A DNA stretch of 64,000 bases from a virus (lineage: Duplodnaviria > Caudoviricetes), in IMG/VR virus record IMGVR_UViG_3300032007_000001. One strand, written 5' to 3'. The position numbers and the translations under genes are program-made. The notes under the pieces are model-generated. The model saw only the letters and a program-made list of their open reading frames with translations. It was not told the DNA's origin and did not search any database. Shown one piece after another: positions 1-8,641 of this stretch. How positions within the stretch are numbered: the stretch's first letter is position 1; each line of letters starts with the position of its first letter.

Positions 1-140
1 CATTAAACTTCCAAAAAAATTTTTGCAAACATTTTTTGACGATGATGCCAAAAAAATAGAAAAAATATTAAAAATGCCAGAAATAAAAAATGAAACAATA
101 TTATTGAAATACGGCTTATAAAAAGAGATGATTTATTCAT
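1..140 (-). CDS. Partial small membrane protein running off the window start
   Basis: ATG at 140 overlaps the stop of the upstream ORF; reads MNKSSLFISRISIILFHFLFLAFLIFFLFFLASS (hydrophobic stretch) with no stop before base 1. Confidence 0.45.
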
Positions 141-420
141 CTCTTTTTATTTTCCCTATTGATTCGTGAAGATATATGTCAAATACATATCCATTTTCAT
201 CAACAATAAAAAATCTTCCATCTGTTGTATAGATTTTATAATTTAATTGCTGCAATTTGTTTGACTTTATTCCTTCTTCTATTTTATTGATTCTTTGTTC
301 ATTGTCTCTTTTTACATTGTTATTCATATGCGAAATCACAAAATATAAAAAGCAAAACATAATTACAAATGCTGAAATCAATAAAAAACTATCAGAATAT
401 TTTCGAAAAAAACTTTTCAT
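133..420 (-). CDS. Small membrane-anchored hypothetical protein
   Basis: 95 aa ORF, N-terminal TM segment FLLISAFVIMFCFLYFVI, in co-oriented run. Confidence 0.6.
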   Translation of the reverse strand: MKSFFRKYSDSFLLISAFVIMFCFLYFVISHMNNNVKRDNEQRINKIEEGIKSNKLQQLNYKIYTTDGRFFIVDENGYVFDIYLHESIGKIKRDE

Positions 421-429
421 AATTTTTCC

Positions 430-771
430 TCAATCATCTTCATTACGCCCAATATATTTGACATATGCAAATTCATCAGAAATATACATCGCTAAATTCA
501 ATAAATCTTCTTCTTCATATCCAAATTCTTTTTTATAAATGTCGTAACCGTCATTAACATATTCTTTAACTCTAAATTTTGATGATTCTGACATATCTAT
601 ATGTTCAAATTCGTTTGTAATATTGATTGACGGTCTTCCTTCATTAAAATTTTCATGGTTTAATATTTTTTCCATTATTTTTGCTACAGAAGGATTAACC
701 TTATCGTTGTGGATAGCAAATATATAAGATGAACTGCTTGAATTTGTAACAAAATCGGTTCTAAATTTCAT
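430..771 (-). CDS. Conserved phage hypothetical protein (RxDFVTNSSSSS family)
   Basis: N-terminus MKFRTDFVTNSSSSSYI is a recurrent large-phage motif; SD AAGGTG upstream. Confidence 0.75.
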   Translation of the reverse strand: MKFRTDFVTNSSSSSYIFAIHNDKVNPSVAKIMEKILNHENFNEGRPSINITNEFEHIDMSESSKFRVKEYVNDGYDIYKKEFGYEEEDLLNLAMYISDEFAYVKYIGRNEDD

Positions 772-872
772 AATTTATCACCTTTACTCAAAAAAATCGT
801 AATATTTCAACACAATGTATATCATTAAAATATACCAAAATATACCTGCTACTAGAAGCAGTACAATAATCA

Positions 873-1118
873 TTATATGTAACGCTCCATTTTTTTGTAT
901 TCTAAAAATTTTTTATTTGTATTACTATTTTCTTTCAACATATTTCTTATTTCTTCTCTTACTATGCGTCTTATTTCATGTTCTACCAATTGTGGAAAAT
1001 GAAATTTTTGTTCTTCAACTTGGTCTAAGCCATCAGAATTCTCTATTACAGAATCCTTCATGGCTTCTTCTATTTCTTTCGCTATTTCTGCTAAATCATA
1101 CCAAGTTTTAGAATCCAT
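873..1118 (-). CDS. Hypothetical acidic protein
   Basis: 81 aa, starts 1 nt after the stop of the TS-like gene. Confidence 0.55.
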   Translation of the reverse strand: MDSKTWYDLAEIAKEIEEAMKDSVIENSDGLDQVEEQKFHFPQLVEHEIRRIVREEIRNMLKENSNTNKKFLEYKKMERYI

Positions 1119-1119
1119 T

Positions 1120-2106
1120 TTACTTCTTCAATTCTTTGTACCTATCTAACACATACTTAAATTCATTATTAATGAATGGATGGAATAATTCAAGGAAATC
1201 ATTTCTGTTTCCATTTTTCCTATAATTATACATTGCCAAAAATGCAGCATTACTCTGCCAATATTTGTCTTTAATGTTTTCTATCATTTCAAAAATATGT
1301 TTTAAGTTAATTTCGTTTGTAAGTTTTCGCGTTGTTTGTTCAACATTCAAGAATGTCTGTACATCATCATTATTAAAAGAATTATTGAATGGAATATATT
1401 CATCATAAATATCTTTATGTTCTTCATTTACAATATCCTTGCACCAATCCATTTGTTCTATATATAAATGCAAAGAATCAACAACATGTGTATATATACC
1501 AACTTCAATTCCCAAACGATTCGCCATAATTTTTTGCAATACTGTAAAATTAAAAACATCATATGGATAGCCAAACATAATATCATTGCTGCGCATCAGT
1601 ACTAAAAGATTAAGCTTATCATTTCTAATTGAAAATCTCATTAAATTCGTACAAGGTTTGTCTTTCGTTTCTTTGAAATCTTTATTTGGGTCAAACAATA
1701 CAATTGTACCTTGACGAGAATTCTTATCATTTTTCAGAAGTTCGATTACATTTTCAAATTGATTGACTTCATGTTCACTATATCTAAAAATACGTTGCCC
1801 ATATGCACCATTCAATGTCATTCCATCATCGCTGAAATTCATCCAGTTTTTATTATAATGCGCTATATGATGTGCATCATTGCTTCCTTGCAAAATCCAA
1901 GCTAATTCTCCAAGCATAAAACCATAATTAAGTTTCCTGGCTGGACTCAAGATTACATTTTTAAGAGGTTCTTTAATGGTTATACTAGCCGGAGTTATTT
2001 CGAGTGTTTCTATGCCTCGTGGTGCAATTTTCTTACCATTATTTATTAGTTCATTAATCAAATAACTGTAAGAAGAAGGTATTGTATCAAATTCAAATGT
2101 TTTCAT
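1120..2106 (-). CDS. Thymidylate-synthase-superfamily enzyme, predicted dCMP hydroxymethylase (or related dCMP-modifying enzyme)
   Basis: Motifs ELAWIL, AYGQRI, SRQG, catalytic PC, RSNDIMFGYPYD, SLHLY; Asp at the position of E. coli ThyA Asn177 as in dCMP-specific enzymes; SD AGGAG. Confidence 0.85.
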   Translation of the reverse strand: MKTFEFDTIPSSYSYLINELINNGKKIAPRGIETLEITPASITIKEPLKNVILSPARKLNYGFMLGELAWILQGSNDAHHIAHYNKNWMNFSDDGMTLNGAYGQRIFRYSEHEVNQFENVIELLKNDKNSRQGTIVLFDPNKDFKETKDKPCTNLMRFSIRNDKLNLLVLMRSNDIMFGYPYDVFNFTVLQKIMANRLGIEVGIYTHVVDSLHLYIEQMDWCKDIVNEEHKDIYDEYIPFNNSFNNDDVQTFLNVEQTTRKLTNEINLKHIFEMIENIKDKYWQSNAAFLAMYNYRKNGNRNDFLELFHPFINNEFKYVLDRYKELKK

Positions 2107-2182
2107 AAAAATACTCCTAACAACAAAAAGAAAAATGGAAGAAAAATATCTTCCATTTATTCTATGAAATCAAAAACATTTC

Positions 2183-2965
2183 TTAAATAGCAAGTATTTT
2201 TGTTGGCATTAATTGGTCATCTACATTTAAGCAATCTTCAAAATGTACAACGTCTCCAAGCCTAAGACTTGAACCATAACATCCACCAGCGCCATCATAT
2301 ACGGCTATATATTCATTATTCCCATAAATAATTAATTGTCCTTCTTTTAATTCCAAAAGATTATTTGGGAAATCCCTTCTAGTACTTAACAAATTTGTAA
2401 CTAAATCATTTATCCTACTTGTTCCTTTTAATACTTCTTGCCTAATCAACAAACTATACGTAGAAGCTATTGACATGGCAACTTCCATATATGTTGTCCT
2501 TGGATTTACATTTGGTACAATATTTTTAGCTTTTGTTTTAAGATATCCTTTATATACCAATGATTGGAATGTATTTTTTGATGTATTCAAAAGTTCCCAA
2601 ATGCCCCACGTATTGTTTTCGATATCGCCAGTTCTAACATATATTTTGCCAATTTTACTAGTATCTACAATATCATCAACAACATTCATAATTTGGAATG
2701 ACATATTCCCACAAGCAAAATGAAAAAGAGTTCCTCTTGTACAAAACATTTCTGATATATTTTGGCTTGGAATAATAGAGTACATCATTATCCCATTGAG
2801 TGGCCAAAGTCCAGGACCGTCTTCTTCTGTTGTTATATCAACTGGAAAAACGCTTTCATTTACGAATAAATTATAAATATAATCAACTTTTTCTTTCGTT
2901 GATTCTCTCATTTCATTTAAGTCATTATATAACTTCTTTAATGAAAGTTCTTTTTGTGCTGCCAC
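2183..2965 (-). CDS. Hypothetical protein, possibly virion-associated
   Basis: 260 aa GTG-start ORF with SD AGGAGG; IYVRTG...WGIW resembles fibre knob-type motifs (weak). Confidence 0.6.
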   Translation of the reverse strand: MAAQKELSLKKLYNDLNEMRESTKEKVDYIYNLFVNESVFPVDITTEEDGPGLWPLNGIMMYSIIPSQNISEMFCTRGTLFHFACGNMSFQIMNVVDDIVDTSKIGKIYVRTGDIENNTWGIWELLNTSKNTFQSLVYKGYLKTKAKNIVPNVNPRTTYMEVAMSIASTYSLLIRQEVLKGTSRINDLVTNLLSTRRDFPNNLLELKEGQLIIYGNNEYIAVYDGAGGCYGSSLRLGDVVHFEDCLNVDDQLMPTKILAI

Positions 2966-2966
2966 A

Positions 2967-3923
2967 TCAGCACCTCCTATTTCTTATGCAATTATTGAAT
3001 TCAATAAATTCTTCAAAATCATCTGGATTCAAAGTATCAACTTGTATATTTGTAATTAATGAATTTGTAAGTTCATCATCTATACCACTGCTATATTCTC
3101 CACAGTATACCAATCTTTTTATACCTGAAGAAATAATCATTTTTGTGCAATTAGTACAAGGTTTGCATGTTACATATAATGTAGCATCTTTAATATTAAT
3201 ACCATTCATAGCTGCTTTTGAAATTGCATTTGCTTCAGCATGCTGAGAACGGCAATTGTGCACAATCAATCCAATTCTATCGTTCATATCTATTGCAAAA
3301 TTATTTGTTTCTGGAACTTCTAAATCGTATACCGGAAAAACGCCATTTAATTTTTCAACAGCTATGACTTTATTATGAATCAACGTAAATTCATCATTAA
3401 ATGCAAACATCCTACAAACATCATTTGGTTTTAAGTTAATAGCCTGTTTATATGATAAATCTTGCATCATAATTCTATGGTCACTTGTGCATTTGATTGC
3501 TTTTCTATTTTCAAAAACAATCTTTACTATATCATCTCTTTGACCAGTCAAATGAGGATTCGTTGCTTGTGCTGGAACAACATTACCAGTAAGTTCATCA
3601 ACAGAATATAGCCAAACATCTTCATTTGTTTTTGCAAGTTCTTCCATTGATTTTAATTGTCCATCTAACAATCTTACATAATTATCTCCAGTCAAACAAA
3701 GTTCTTGTCTTTCACCTGAAGGAATATGCAATTTCTCTCTTATACATAATTCGTGATTATCAATACAATGTTCCATGCCAGGCAACGCACCATTATAGCC
3801 AGCACTTAATTGGATTTTATCTCTAGCTATAACGCTACCGACTTGTCTCCTAAAGCACGTTGAACGTGAAGCATACATAAAAGCAATCTTCATAAAAAAA
3901 TGGTCAATATCTTCTCTAATCAC
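2967..3923 (-). CDS. dCMP deaminase (ComEB family) interrupted by a mini-intein
   Basis: RSTCxRRQVG, GYNG, HAEANAI and PCxxC zinc motifs; 148-aa insertion before CRSQHAE. Confidence 0.92.
   Translation of the reverse strand: MIREDIDHFFMKIAFMYASRSTCFRRQVGSVIARDKIQLSAGYNGALPGMEHCIDNHELCIREKLHIPSGERQELCLTGDNYVRLLDGQLKSMEELAKTNEDVWLYSVDELTGNVVPAQATNPHLTGQRDDIVKIVFENRKAIKCTSDHRIMMQDLSYKQAINLKPNDVCRMFAFNDEFTLIHNKVIAVEKLNGVFPVYDLEVPETNNFAIDMNDRIGLIVHNCRSQHAEANAISKAAMNGINIKDATLYVTCKPCTNCTKMIISSGIKRLVYCGEYSSGIDDELTNSLITNIQVDTLNPDDFEEFIEFNNCIRNRRC
3255..3698 (-). mobile_element. Mini-intein (148 aa, no homing endonuclease)
   Basis: Starts CLTGD (block A), CTSDH (block B TxxH), VYDLEV..NNF (block F), ends VHN followed by extein Cys. 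Confidence 0.92.
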
Positions 3924-4627
3924 AAAACCACTACCTTTTCCGGTTTAATGATATCAATCTGTTTTTGTACGTCTCTATCAATAGTAATCCAAGCATTATC
4001 ATAGTGTAAACTTGGACAAACAATACGAGTAGAGTCATCTTCATCATTTACAATATACATTGTAGTTGCATTAACATTACCGCGTGGTACTTTTTCCCAA
4101 TCTTTCGTCAATGCTTGCATAACACTGTATTTATCTATTGCTGCCAAAGTTCTTTCCAATGTTTGTTGGTTATTAAATTTTGACGTATTAATTCTGACAT
4201 AAGGCAAATGTTGAATATGCATAAATTTTTCAAAATTCTCTTTTTCTATACCAAGATGTTCTGGTCTCATAAAATCTTCACCACGACGAGCAATACGTCT
4301 TCTAACATCGCTTGGCGCAGCATGAACATAAATAAAAAATGGAATATAATCCAATCCATACATTTTATTTTCTAATTCTAACAAATATTCTGCTGTATAT
4401 CCACGATAAATCGGCGCATAAATCCATTCACCTTCGTGAAATCTATCCAATAGATAATCGCTATTTTTATCCATATTATCCAAAAAACTAAAATATTGGT
4501 TCCTTCCGTCTTCCATATCTTTTGGATTTGAAAAATGTTGAGTTTTTAATCCTTCAAAATAATCTATTAATTTGTGACATAACGAAGTTTTTCCTGCACA
4601 ATTTACTCCAGATACAATCAAGAACAT
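3920..4627 (-). CDS. dNMP/thymidylate kinase-like protein with short C-terminal extension
   Basis: P-loop SGVNCAGKTS, DRFH.GE.IY motif, lid RRIARRGE; stop overlaps the deaminase start. Confidence 0.85.
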   Translation of the reverse strand: MFLIVSGVNCAGKTSLCHKLIDYFEGLKTQHFSNPKDMEDGRNQYFSFLDNMDKNSDYLLDRFHEGEWIYAPIYRGYTAEYLLELENKMYGLDYIPFFIYVHAAPSDVRRRIARRGEDFMRPEHLGIEKENFEKFMHIQHLPYVRINTSKFNNQQTLERTLAAIDKYSVMQALTKDWEKVPRGNVNATTMYIVNDEDDSTRIVCPSLHYDNAWITIDRDVQKQIDIIKPEKVVVL

Positions 4628-4664
4628 ATAACCACACTCCTTATGGTTATATTCTATAAAAAGA

Positions 4665-4691
4665 AAAAGAGTAGATTTTTCTACTCTTTTT
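4665..4691. terminator. Intrinsic terminator hairpin
   Basis: AAAAAGAGTAGA-TTT-TCTACTCTTTTT. Confidence 0.7.
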
Positions 4692-4696
4692 ATATA

Positions 4697-5944
4697 TCAA
4701 TCTGCCAATTGTACAATTCTATACGCGCACATATTGTCTGTTGGTACAGAATACATACTTAAAACGTTAAAATGTCCAGAATCATCATACGCAGAAATAC
4801 CAGCCTCATAATCATCAAGCAAACATATTTTGTTTTCGCAATAATGACTCGACGAATTATCCAAAACATCATTTCCTATAAATATATCACTCATGTCATA
4901 ATTATTTGTTGAATTAAATAAAAAACTCATTACATGACTACCATATTTATACGGTATGGATGTATCAATAATTTCGTTCGAACCATCATTTTTTAATATT
5001 TTATATGTTTGTCTATCACATTCAAATCCATATAACCAACACCGCGATGTATAACGAAGATTGTCTGGTTTGTGTCCAAAAATATCGTATATATTGTGAT
5101 ATTTTGTAGCGAAACCATCATCTTCCATATATTGCTCGTATTCTTCGTATTCTTCATTTTCAATTAACATTTGTAATTCTTCTTCTGTTTTTTCTTCAAT
5201 ACGAATGTCACTCCATAAATTATAGGCACCATATTCAACAAGTAACAATCGTTGTAATAAAGAATGGTCATAAATTGAATACATATTATAACCAGAATTT
5301 CCGTTGCTATTTAATGATAAACATGCATTATACGCATCTTGATAAGAAGTTGTATCTATATCGGACAATCTTATTGACCCTGGTAAATTATTTGTTTTTG
5401 ACGAAAGAAATTTTGCTATTCTTAATTTATGCGGTTGCCCATCGTTTCCGATAAATGCTGGGTGTACATGAAACCCATCTGCATAACCGTCTGCTATCCA
5501 ATAACATACTTTTCCAGCATATGTTCCACTCTGTATAGTCTCTGTCTTTACATATGTAATAGGTATTTCTACAAAATCTCCTACTGATGTTGTTACATTT
5601 CTCATATTGGAATATGTACCATGAGAATATACTTCATTTAAGTTAGCAAACGTTTCTTTATCATATCTAATTCTATCAACAGATTGTGTACTAGTCAATA
5701 CAGCTCCAAGAATATGTTGTGCCTGTGGAACCACAATCGGTACTGTATATTTGGGGACAAAATAATATTTTCCCATTGATTTAACATAAATACCAAGATT
5801 ATTATTATTAACATTATTTACTTGCGTAGCAGCCAAAGGAGATATTACGCCATTATTTCCTTGCCACAATACTCTTGGATATTCATTGTTTTCTGCTATC
5901 CTTACTTCTATTCCTTCTATTGTAGTTGTTGACACTATCATCAC
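4697..5944 (-). CDS. Putative virion receptor-binding protein: shared N-terminal anchor + C-type-lectin/FGE-like C-terminal domain
   Basis: N-terminal ~60 aa nearly identical to 55221..56927; HPAF, LQRLLLVEYG, YHNIYDIFG and terminal AYRI resemble Mtd/CLec-fold fibre tips. Confidence 0.6.
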   Translation of the reverse strand: MMIVSTTTIEGIEVRIAENNEYPRVLWQGNNGVISPLAATQVNNVNNNNLGIYVKSMGKYYFVPKYTVPIVVPQAQHILGAVLTSTQSVDRIRYDKETFANLNEVYSHGTYSNMRNVTTSVGDFVEIPITYVKTETIQSGTYAGKVCYWIADGYADGFHVHPAFIGNDGQPHKLRIAKFLSSKTNNLPGSIRLSDIDTTSYQDAYNACLSLNSNGNSGYNMYSIYDHSLLQRLLLVEYGAYNLWSDIRIEEKTEEELQMLIENEEYEEYEQYMEDDGFATKYHNIYDIFGHKPDNLRYTSRCWLYGFECDRQTYKILKNDGSNEIIDTSIPYKYGSHVMSFLFNSTNNYDMSDIFIGNDVLDNSSSHYCENKICLLDDYEAGISAYDDSGHFNVLSMYSVPTDNMCAYRIVQLAD

Positions 5945-5974
5945 TTCTCTATTATATTTATATAAATTAAATAT

Positions 5975-6004
5975 AAAAGAACTAATCGTTTGATTAGTTC
6001 TTTT
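5975..6004. terminator. Intrinsic terminator hairpin
   Basis: AAAAGAACTAATC-GTTT-GATTAGTTCTTTT. Confidence 0.65.
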
Positions 6005-6009
6005 ATTTC

Positions 6010-6585
6010 TTAAAAAGCTTCTGCTTTATATACCAATTTATAGATTTTCTTTCCGTAAGAACCACTGCTGAAACTCAATGAATGAATTCCTGATTCAACA
6101 ACATAATCAACATAACCATCTGGATTTTGAGCATTAGTTTGTTCAGTTTCTGAACTCATACTATTTGGAACAGCTACACCGTCTGGCGAATATTCCAAAT
6201 TGCCCTCAATACCAAGATATCTGACTTCTAAATGACGATTTACATTATCCATATTTTCGCCATAGTAATCAGCTAATGTTGGAGCAATATGTTCACTAAA
6301 TCCTTCTATATCATCTAACAATACTTCAGATTCAACTGTATCTAAAGTAAATGTAATTTCCCAATCTTCTTGTGGTGTAACAACTGGTATTAGCTCACCA
6401 TTTATATAAAAATACTTATTATCAGCTTTCAAATAAAGTCCTAATTGTTGATTATTTACCTGCTGCACCTGTTGTGCAGCAACAGCAAATTCCCCTTCGT
6501 TATCTTGGAATATAGCTCTTGGATACGTTGTAGTATCGTCGTTAGCTAATACCGTGACATTAAAACCGTGAAGTTCTTTAATCAT
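6010..6585 (-). CDS. Acidic protein carrying the shared N-terminal anchor domain
   Basis: TTTYPRAIF...VAAQQV...LGLYLK..NKYFYI matches three other proteins in the window. Confidence 0.75.
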   Translation of the reverse strand: MIKELHGFNVTVLANDDTTTYPRAIFQDNEGEFAVAAQQVQQVNNQQLGLYLKADNKYFYINGELIPVVTPQEDWEITFTLDTVESEVLLDDIEGFSEHIAPTLADYYGENMDNVNRHLEVRYLGIEGNLEYSPDGVAVPNSMSSETEQTNAQNPDGYVDYVVESGIHSLSFSSGSYGKKIYKLVYKAEAF

Positions 6586-6658
6586 GTTATTTCACCACTG
6601 TTTATAAAATTTTAATTATTACCTTCTTTCCTTTTTGGCTTTCGTATTTGTTATAAAA

Positions 6659-7057
6659 TTATTTATCCTCTAAAAGGTCTGGTCGCCTTGTAGATTCGCT
6701 ACTTGATGTATCTTTATAAGAATAATCAATAGAATCACTATCTATTTCTTCATTCATTTTATCCAAATCTTCTTTGGAATGCAATGTATCATCCTTTATA
6801 ATCTTATCAAGATGTCCTTCTAGTAAAACTCTATCATTTGTAGCATTTTGTTTTATATTATTTTCATACAAGAAATACTGTAATATACTCTGGTCCCAAT
6901 TTGAAAAATGGTCTCTCATCCAAGTACGAAATAATTTGCCTATTTTATCCGTTTCAATTGGGTCATCTTCGTGTATATCTAAAACATATTTCATTGTTAG
7001 TATTATACTTTTTCTTTTTCTTCTTGGTTTTCCAAGACGTTTCATTTTTTCTTCCAT
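6659..7057 (-). CDS. Hypothetical protein with basic MKRL-type leader
   Basis: MEEKMKRLGKPRRKRKS then acidic body. Confidence 0.7.
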   Translation of the reverse strand: MEEKMKRLGKPRRKRKSIILTMKYVLDIHEDDPIETDKIGKLFRTWMRDHFSNWDQSILQYFLYENNIKQNATNDRVLLEGHLDKIIKDDTLHSKEDLDKMNEEIDSDSIDYSYKDTSSSESTRRPDLLEDK

Positions 7058-7074
7058 ATTAAAAACCTTCTATC

Positions 7075-7560
7075 TTATCTAAAATCATCATCATTAATTA
7101 GAATGCAATCATTATATTGATAGATTTTTTCATAATCTGAATCCAAACTTTTTGTGTAATCAATTAAACTTTCAAAATCACTTAATGGGGCATCTTCCAT
7201 TTTCTTATAATATTCTTCTATTGGCATATCATCTGTTATATGATATTTCTTTCTTAATTCATCCCATTTTAATGGCATAATTCCATAATCATCAAATAAC
7301 ACTAATGCATAATTCCAATCATTATAAGAATCTATCTCTTTAATTTGACCGAAATTCAATATATCATGAATATACATTTTAACAGCTTGCATTGGATTGT
7401 TTGTCTTATAAACATTAAATCCATTAAATACATCGCCATTTCTATAATTTTCTAAATTAAATCCATAATTAACGACATCATCATAATCGTCACCATCTGC
7501 TGGAGTTAATCCTAATACTTTTTCAGCAAAATCTTCATTATCTAATTTTTCAAATGCCAT
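7075..7560 (-). CDS. Hypothetical acidic protein
   Basis: 161 aa ORF with SD AAGGA. Confidence 0.7.
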   Translation of the reverse strand: MAFEKLDNEDFAEKVLGLTPADGDDYDDVVNYGFNLENYRNGDVFNGFNVYKTNNPMQAVKMYIHDILNFGQIKEIDSYNDWNYALVLFDDYGIMPLKWDELRKKYHITDDMPIEEYYKKMEDAPLSDFESLIDYTKSLDSDYEKIYQYNDCILINDDDFR

Positions 7561-7602
7561 TTTATATCATTCCTTGTCATACATTTCTCTATAACATAAT
7601 AA

Positions 7603-8148
7603 TTAGAGGTAGGAAAATAAATAATTGTAAATTTTTGCATATGTTTCATTAGAATAATGAATGCCATCTATAGTATCAAATCCATCATTTTTCAAAAAAT
7701 TGTTACTATTTAGAATCATGATGTTGCTTAAAACGTTTTCTTTTACATATATATTAAATGCATCTATTTCACTATTTTTTATTGAATATCCGTATGCTTT
7801 TTCTTTTAATTCTTCAACTGGATTGACTGTCATAAAAATAACTCTTTCGAATCCATTCTTAAATAAATCGTTTATAGCTTCTACGTGTTTTTGCTTGGCT
7901 AAATCATTAACTCCAAGATTATAAATGATTATAGTATCATCTCTTGATAATTGCATTATGTCACTTCTATTTTCCCAATAAAAATTATACCCTACACCAA
8001 TTTCGCAATAATAAATATTTTCATCGTCACCAAGTGCTTCTCTCATTGCAACGAATCTACTATCACCAATAAAGCAATAACTTTCGGCATTGCAATAACT
8101 TACAATTGACATTAAATACAACAAAACAAAAACAATTTTTTTAATCAT
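7603..8148 (-). CDS. SGNH/GDSL hydrolase with signal peptide
   Basis: FIGDSR (block I), NLGVND (block III), DGIHY (block V); N-terminal signal-like MIKKIVFVLLYLMSIVSYCNA. Confidence 0.8.
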   Translation of the reverse strand: MIKKIVFVLLYLMSIVSYCNAESYCFIGDSRFVAMREALGDDENIYYCEIGVGYNFYWENRSDIMQLSRDDTIIIYNLGVNDLAKQKHVEAINDLFKNGFERVIFMTVNPVEELKEKAYGYSIKNSEIDAFNIYVKENVLSNIMILNSNNFLKNDGFDTIDGIHYSNETYAKIYNYLFSYL

Positions 8149-8220
8149 TATAAAGCCTCACTTATTTTTTAATTTATTGTATCAAAAACAAAAAAATGCA
8201 TTATCGTTTTTAAAAAATTA

Positions 8221-8258
8221 AAAAAACTATTTACATTTCTATTTATTTTTGATATAAT
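8221..8258 (+). promoter_or_regulatory. Early sigma-A-type promoter
   Basis: AAAAAACTA-TTTACA(8230-35)-17 nt-TATAAT(8253-58) with extended -10 TG. Confidence 0.8.
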
Positions 8259-8282
8259 GTAAAAAATAGGAGAATTATCAAT

Positions 8283-8603
8283 ATGAAATCAACAAAATTT
8301 GTAGAAAAAGATTTTACATTAAAAATTATGTATTGCTACAATAAAAATATAAAAGACGATTTTTGTATGTGGGAAGCTTATTCAAACACAGATACAAAAA
8401 GCAAAGCTGCTGGTGGAATGTCTTTATATATATTTGATGCATTCAACATTCAAAAAATAAAATTAGAAGTTAGAAGAGCGATATTGTTTTGTAATGAAAC
8501 AAACAATTTTGAAATATATTTATTGAACCAACATTTTGACAAAGTATTTGAAAATGTCAAAAATTTTTTGACGAATAAAGCTTTAGAAAGAATAGGGTTA
8601 TAA
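8283..8603 (+). CDS. Hypothetical early protein
   Basis: SD AGGAG, own promoter and terminator. Confidence 0.7.
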   Translation: MKSTKFVEKDFTLKIMYCYNKNIKDDFCMWEAYSNTDTKSKAAGGMSLYIFDAFNIQKIKLEVRRAILFCNETNNFEIYLLNQHFDKVFENVKNFLTNKALERIGL

Positions 8604-8607
8604 AAAT

Positions 8608-8639
8608 AAAAAGAGAGGAATAAATCCTCTCTTTTTTTT
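8608..8639. terminator. Bidirectional terminator between convergent genes
   Basis: AAAAAGAGAGGA-ATAAA-TCCTCTCTTTTTTTT. Confidence 0.8.
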
Positions 8640-8641
8640 AT

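Noticed and set aside
1120-2106. Canonical thyA or SPO1-type dUMP hydroxymethylase
   Set aside because: The specificity residue is Asp rather than Asn, and an Agt homologue is nearby, so a dCMP-type enzyme fits better
4697-5944. Diversity-generating retroelement
   Set aside because: No reverse transcriptase and no adenine-variant template copy seen in the window
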